This document shows positions 58,926 through 64,000 of a DNA stretch of 64,000 nt, in pieces. Origin of the DNA: a virus; IMG/VR virus record IMGVR_UViG_3300020442_000011, positions 1 to 64,000 of that record; one strand, 5' to 3'. The position numbers and the translations under genes were made by a program. Positions within the stretch are counted from its first letter, which is position 1. The number at the start of each line of letters is the position of its first letter. The notes beneath the pieces were generated by a model. It saw only the letters and a program-made list of their open reading frames with translations. It was not told the origin of the DNA and ran no database searches.

Positions 58926-61034
58926 ATGGGTATCAACAAATCGCGCGAGTTACGCCCTGAACTCCTAGGGATCAACGTACTCGATCCATATTTCTCAACA
59001 TCCACTGCTGCCCGTAAAGCCATGATGGCTACCCATTTAGGTCAGGCACCAGTAGTAGAGGGATCAGAACCTAGAAAAATCTTCTCAGGGGCTGAGTTCC
59101 ACGCAGCTGAAGACGTGTTTGATATTCGGTTCCCGTGTCATGCGTCCATTATCGCAGTTGTTCGTAAATACCAGTCGGGTGGTATGGGTTACGGCGCAAT
59201 TCCAGAGAACCCAGTTACAACGATCATCTACAAAGATTATTACAGTAAAAACATCCGTGTCGGTGTTATCCATGTACCGAAGTATTTGAGTTTCCACCAG
59301 GATTTCGGTTATCCTCTGAAACTCAACCGAGAGGTTTGGGATCGGCTTGCACCCAAACAATTATTCGAAAAAGATACGGTGATCGCCACATCGCCCGCAG
59401 TTAAAGAAGATGGCTCTTATGGTCTAGGTGTTAATGCACCGACGATCTTCTTAACTGATCCAGGTACCATCGAAGATGGCATCGTCATGTCTGAATCGAT
59501 GTGTAAGAAAATGAGTCCTCGTGGTTATGGAACACTTGTCGGTAGTTGGGGCAAGAAAACATTCCCTCTAAACCTACATGGTGATTCTACCCATTACAAG
59601 CCCTTCCCTGACATTGGTGATATCATCCCGGCAGACGGTTTAGTGATGGCGTTTCGTGACATCGATCAGCGTCTGGGTGTGGCTGACATGACACCGCGTG
59701 CGACACGCACGGTGGATCACTCATATGACAAGCCTCTATGGGGGCGTCCTGGCGCAAGGGTGGTTGATGTTAAGGTTTATCATGACGATCGGCTAAACCC
59801 ATCTTTTACCCCGGTAGGTATGGATACGCACGCACGTAAGTATTATGACGGTCTTGCAACCTACTACCGTACGATTATGAAAATCTACCTCGACTTACAA
59901 AGAAGTTGGGGTAAGCATAAGCTGGAACTCACACCTGAGTTCGGTAGTCTCCTAGTAGAGGCCCAGACTCACTTACCTGTATCTCCCAGCGAGCGTAAGC
60001 TCACACGCATGAACCGTCTAGAGACTTTAGATGAATGGCGTGTCGAGATAACCTACGAATGGGTAATGCCTTTCAACGAAGGCTACAAACTGACGGACCT
60101 CTTTGGGGGCAAAGGAGTTAATTGTAAAACTCGTCCCGACCACGAAATGCCAAAAGACAAAAATGGTAATCGTGCAGATATTGTCATTTACGGTATTTCT
60201 ACAATCAACCGTACTAACCTAGGTCGTTGGTTTGAACAGTTTACCAACGCAGCGTTCCGTGATCTTGTTCAACGCATGCGGCGTGAGTGTGGCCTCGATC
60301 ACTTACGTACACCTACGTCTATTGAAGCGCAACGTGCCGTCAGTAACAAAGAATGGGTATCCATGGCGTTTAATCGCTTGCTCAAATTCTATTACATGAC
60401 AGTGCCGCTAATGGCCAAATCGATGGAGGAACATCCAAGTCCAGCTTGTCACCTTAAACACATCTTGATTGAAGGTGGTTTTCTCCATCACATGGCAGAT
60501 AACCCAATCAGCGAGATGGACCAGGTGAGAAACATCATGAAGAGTGAGTTCAAACCTCATTATGATAAAATCACCTTTTACAACAATTTTGGTGAGGAAG
60601 TCGAATCGGAACTCCCTGCACTGATCGGTGATATCTATTTCATCGCCCTCGAAAAGAATGGCGAGGATTATTCAGCAGCTGCTTCAGTTAAAGTTCAGCA
60701 CTTTGGTGTTCCTGCCAAACTAAGTCAGAACGACCGCAACACAACACCCGCACGTCAAACGTCAGTGCGGGGTATCGGTGAATCAGAAAGCCGTTCTCTA
60801 TGTTCCACCATTGGTCCAGAACCTACTATCGAAATCATGGACCAATCCAATAACCCCGAAGCACACCGTTTCGGTATCATGAATATCTTAACCCACCCAA
60901 CGCCTACTAACATCGAAAGACTTGTTGATCGTAACAAAGTTCCTTTCGGTGGTTCTCGACCAGTAAACCTGTTTAAACATATCCTTGCCTCGCGCGGTCT
61001 AAGATTTTTCTATAAACCGAATCAGGAAGATTGA
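58926..61034 (+). CDS. nvRNAP beta subunit, C-terminal part (phiKZ gp71-73-like)
   Basis: ARKAMM..HLGQA, IEDGIVMSE, GYKLTDLFGGKGV, MP, R.N.G, R.IGESE motifs. Confidence 0.9.
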   Translation: MGINKSRELRPELLGINVLDPYFSTSTAARKAMMATHLGQAPVVEGSEPRKIFSGAEFHAAEDVFDIRFPCHASIIAVVRKYQSGGMGYGAIPENPVTTIIYKDYYSKNIRVGVIHVPKYLSFHQDFGYPLKLNREVWDRLAPKQLFEKDTVIATSPAVKEDGSYGLGVNAPTIFLTDPGTIEDGIVMSESMCKKMSPRGYGTLVGSWGKKTFPLNLHGDSTHYKPFPDIGDIIPADGLVMAFRDIDQRLGVADMTPRATRTVDHSYDKPLWGRPGARVVDVKVYHDDRLNPSFTPVGMDTHARKYYDGLATYYRTIMKIYLDLQRSWGKHKLELTPEFGSLLVEAQTHLPVSPSERKLTRMNRLETLDEWRVEITYEWVMPFNEGYKLTDLFGGKGVNCKTRPDHEMPKDKNGNRADIVIYGISTINRTNLGRWFEQFTNAAFRDLVQRMRRECGLDHLRTPTSIEAQRAVSNKEWVSMAFNRLLKFYYMTVPLMAKSMEEHPSPACHLKHILIEGGFLHHMADNPISEMDQVRNIMKSEFKPHYDKITFYNNFGEEVESELPALIGDIYFIALEKNGEDYSAAASVKVQHFGVPAKLSQNDRNTTPARQTSVRGIGESESRSLCSTIGPEPTIEIMDQSNNPEAHRFGIMNILTHPTPTNIERLVDRNKVPFGGSRPVNLFKHILASRGLRFFYKPNQED

Positions 61035-61037
61035 TCG

Positions 61038-63032
61038 ATGATGTCACGTTACACCATGCGAGACTTGATCCACTTGTCTCCACAACAACTCTACCGCGAG
61101 TTACCCAAGGAAAAAGAAATCACCGTTGAGTTTGACGACGGTGAATTAATCACTCACACCAACATAACCATACTCAGCACATACATGTGCTTCCCACTCA
61201 CAAAGTTCCCCGATGTTCCTATTCTAAAAGAATATCATCTTGGGAATAACGTCCCGACAGGCGGGCTCATCAATAAGCGCCTGAATAGTGTTTTATGGGG
61301 TATCCATAAACATTCGGGGGAACAAGTCGACCCTGAATATCTCAGTAAGTTGGCGATTGTTTCAGTCAATAAACTATTCAATGACATCACGACATATGGC
61401 GCACCCAGTTTCTCGTCGATGTCGATGTTCGACCTTTATGAAATAATGGAACTTCCTGAGTTACAGGAAGCGCTCAGTGGGGTGGAACCCACTGAATTTT
61501 CGATCAACAAGAAAGTTTATCCTGTTGTTCAGAAAATCCTTAAAGACCCGGCAATCCTGCCGCATAACGCTATCATGAAATCGTCCCTGGCGGGCACATC
61601 TAAGAATGGTCAACTTTTACAAGTGTTTGGCCCCTTAGGTTTCCGTACAGATATCAACAAAGAGCTCTTCCGCTATCCAATAGTTAACCCGCTTGCTGAG
61701 GGCGTCGGAGATTATGAAGGTGCTCTAAAGGAATCGCGTACCGGTACAATCGCACTCCTTAACAATAAGGATCTGTTGCGTAAGACTGAATATTTCAATC
61801 GACAAACGCAATTGATTGCACAATACGTGATGAATCTACATCACTTTACTGATTGTGGTACTGACATCCGTCTTCCTTATCTGGTAACGGAAGATAACCT
61901 CGAGACGCTCAAGGGTAAATATTACCGTGTTGAACAAAATGGTGAAGACACATGGTTGAAGGGCGATGAAAAACATCTTATCAATCAAGTGATCTTCATC
62001 CGTTCTGTGTTGGGGTGTAAACATTCCGACCCGCAAGGTGTTTGCGGTATGTGTTATGGACGAATGCAGTTCTCCATTCCTTATCGCACTAACATCGGTA
62101 ATGTCAGTGCCGTAGTGGTGGGTGACAAAATAACATCGAGCGTATTGTCAACAAAACACCATGTGGCATCCTCACAGGTAGAACACTTTCATCTTGGTCC
62201 GCGTGAACTCGAGTTTATGCGGTATGGGGAACAAGAAGAAACGTTGTACCTCAGCTACAAAGTAGCTAAAGCGGATCGGGTGTATATGACGGTGTATGCT
62301 GACCAGGTACCTAACTTGGCCAACATTCTGATGGTACCGTCGTTAGATGAATTCCCAACCACATCGGTATCACAGCTCACCCAAGCTGCGTTTCAATACG
62401 AAAACAAGGAGGGCTTCCTTGTGGGTGACGTTGTTCAGACATCCCTGTACAACCGTCATGCGAGTTTCTCTAAGGAACTCTTGGCTCATATTCGAGAATA
62501 CAAATGGGAGATTGATGATGATGGTAATGTTCGCGTTGACCTCACTAATTTCGCACGTGATCGACCGCTACTTACGCTACCGTTTAAGAACGTCGACATG
62601 TATGATGTGATGGTAAAGATAAAATCTTTCCTTCACTCCGGCTCTGACGGTCAGAACAAAAAGTTAGCAGGGTATTCTAAGAATAAACGGGGTGAACAGA
62701 ACTTCCTGAAAAATTATGATAATCCTGTTGATGCACTCACTGTGTTCGCCAACATGCTAAATGAGAAGCTTTATGTGAACTTAGTTCACGTGGAAATTCT
62801 ATTATATGCAATGATGGTGCGTAAACGCGGTGAAGACTATCGTTTACCTAAACCAGGTGTTACTGGGCAATTTGACAAATATAACATCATCATGGCAAAG
62901 CGGTCTCTATCAGCCGCTATGGCATTCGAGAAGCAAGATAAGATCCTTTCTTCCGCAGATGTTCTGAGTCTATCGCCTCGTATCGACCATCCCTATGATA
63001 TTGTCGTCATGGGAGGTGACTACGCTAATTAG
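61038..63032 (+). CDS. nvRNAP beta' subunit, C-terminal part (phiKZ gp74-like)
   Basis: Bridge-helix-like KTEYFNR, DCGT, RSVLGC..GVCGMCYG Zn site, trigger-loop-like LSTKHH. Confidence 0.9.
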   Translation: MMSRYTMRDLIHLSPQQLYRELPKEKEITVEFDDGELITHTNITILSTYMCFPLTKFPDVPILKEYHLGNNVPTGGLINKRLNSVLWGIHKHSGEQVDPEYLSKLAIVSVNKLFNDITTYGAPSFSSMSMFDLYEIMELPELQEALSGVEPTEFSINKKVYPVVQKILKDPAILPHNAIMKSSLAGTSKNGQLLQVFGPLGFRTDINKELFRYPIVNPLAEGVGDYEGALKESRTGTIALLNNKDLLRKTEYFNRQTQLIAQYVMNLHHFTDCGTDIRLPYLVTEDNLETLKGKYYRVEQNGEDTWLKGDEKHLINQVIFIRSVLGCKHSDPQGVCGMCYGRMQFSIPYRTNIGNVSAVVVGDKITSSVLSTKHHVASSQVEHFHLGPRELEFMRYGEQEETLYLSYKVAKADRVYMTVYADQVPNLANILMVPSLDEFPTTSVSQLTQAAFQYENKEGFLVGDVVQTSLYNRHASFSKELLAHIREYKWEIDDDGNVRVDLTNFARDRPLLTLPFKNVDMYDVMVKIKSFLHSGSDGQNKKLAGYSKNKRGEQNFLKNYDNPVDALTVFANMLNEKLYVNLVHVEILLYAMMVRKRGEDYRLPKPGVTGQFDKYNIIMAKRSLSAAMAFEKQDKILSSADVLSLSPRIDHPYDIVVMGGDYAN

Positions 63033-63042
63033 GGAAACGGAG

Positions 63043-63064
63043 TGCGGGGGATACGTCCCCCGCA
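63043..63064 (+). terminator. Hairpin
   Basis: TGCGGGGGA-TACG-TCCCCCGCA. Confidence 0.6.
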
Positions 63065-63073
63065 GTATTAACC

Positions 63074-64000
63074 ATGAACAATTTAAAGTTGGATGTTTAC
63101 TCACACGGGGTACGCCTACATGGCTACACCCGTAACCTCTTTGGTGAGATCGTTCATTTTTTGAGTCGTTTGGAACTAAAAGAGGATAAACGACTACCTC
63201 GTCACCAAGGTGGTGGTATGGTGACCGTGGTGAGAAAGAAGTTTTTTGGTATTTTGAATTCTAAGCGTGAGATATACATCCATCGACATCACCTAGAAGC
63301 ACTATTGACGTTTCTAAAGGGATGTGGTTTAACCGAACAAAATTTTATCATTGAATACATTGACCCACCTAAGGGTCAGCGTATAGAAGGTGTGGAAATA
63401 TTTGATCACTTTGTTGAGAGGGACTATCAAGGTATCCTGATACCCGAACTTGCTGAAGATGTACAACGATCACGTAAAGTGGATTTGGCCACGGGTTTGG
63501 GTAAAACGTTCTGTTCATTAAAAGCGTGTCTTCTTAGAGGTGAACGTTTCTCTGTAATGCTTGCCCCTAAATATTTCGGTCTATGGATCGGAGCATTAAA
63601 TGATACGTTCAAGACCTTTAAAGATGTACCAGGACAATACATCACTGTGTCTGGTGGTAATGAATTGCGTATGGTGATGCAGCAAGCACTGGACGGAACA
63701 CTCGAAGCAAAAGCCATTATCATTTCAAACACAACGTACCGTAACTATATCGAAGCCTATGAGCAATTCGGTGAGAATATCGTTGACCATGGTTATCTGG
63801 TTCCACCTCAGCGATTCCATGAGCTTCTGGGTATAGGTACGCAGATCAACGATGAATTTCATGAGGATTTAGGTTTAACCTTCAGGATAGACTGTTTTAC
63901 GAATATCAAGAAACAGCTCTATTTGTCCGCTACGCCGTTTAATGGTGATCGGTATGTCACAGATATGGTGGATGTCATGTTGCCTCCTGAGACGTACTGT
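63074..64000 (+). CDS. SF2 DExH helicase (phiKZ gp75-like), runs off the right window edge
   Basis: Not in ORF track. Manual translation gives Q-motif RDYQ, Walker A LATGLGKT, INDEFH and LSATP. Confidence 0.85.
   Translation, partial: MNNLKLDVYSHGVRLHGYTRNLFGEIVHFLSRLELKEDKRLPRHQGGGMVTVVRKKFFGILNSKREIYIHRHHLEALLTFLKGCGLTEQNFIIEYIDPPKGQRIEGVEIFDHFVERDYQGILIPELAEDVQRSRKVDLATGLGKTFCSLKACLLRGERFSVMLAPKYFGLWIGALNDTFKTFKDVPGQYITVSGGNELRMVMQQALDGTLEAKAIIISNTTYRNYIEAYEQFGENIVDHGYLVPPQRFHELLGIGTQINDEFHEDLGLTFRIDCFTNIKKQLYLSATPFNGDRYVTDMVDVMLPPETYC

Noticed and set aside
63427-63732. 101-aa minus-strand ORF
   Set aside because: Antisense to the SF2 helicase, which has intact motifs on the plus strand.

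Overview
This window is a segment of a large AT-rich dsDNA phage genome. Gene content and order match nucleus-forming, phiKZ-related jumbo myoviruses (Chimalliviridae). From left to right it holds: a truncated SF2 helicase; a cluster of modular tail-fibre/lectin-like genes; a complete class Ib ribonucleotide reductase operon (nrdHIEF); tail tube, sheath, baseplate-block genes and large terminase; dCTP deaminase; three paralogous protease-processed head proteins; a ~470-nt structured non-coding region; tubulin PhuZ; a run of overlapping hypothetical genes; a family-B DNA polymerase; chimallin; and the non-virion RNA polymerase (nvRNAP) block. That block comprises a beta' subunit whose catalytic NAD|FDGD motif is split by an ORF-less group I intron, an SbcD-like nuclease, ChmC-, sigma-like and PicA-like genes, beta, a second beta' piece and a second SF2 helicase. 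The phiKZ gp-number equivalences are inferred from motifs, size and synteny, not from a database search. Less-explained signals: (i) a structured intergenic RNA at ~1.76-1.94 kb with 20 nt complementary to the 16S rRNA 3' end; (ii) a long-range-paired, G-rich non-coding element at 29.3-29.8 kb; (iii) GC hairpins sharing a CCCA(W)1-2TGGG core and CATA/TATG flanks; (iv) a recurring TCTAYATYAY early-promoter motif; (v) several small ORFs missed by the ORF track. No tRNA, rRNA or CRISPR array was seen.
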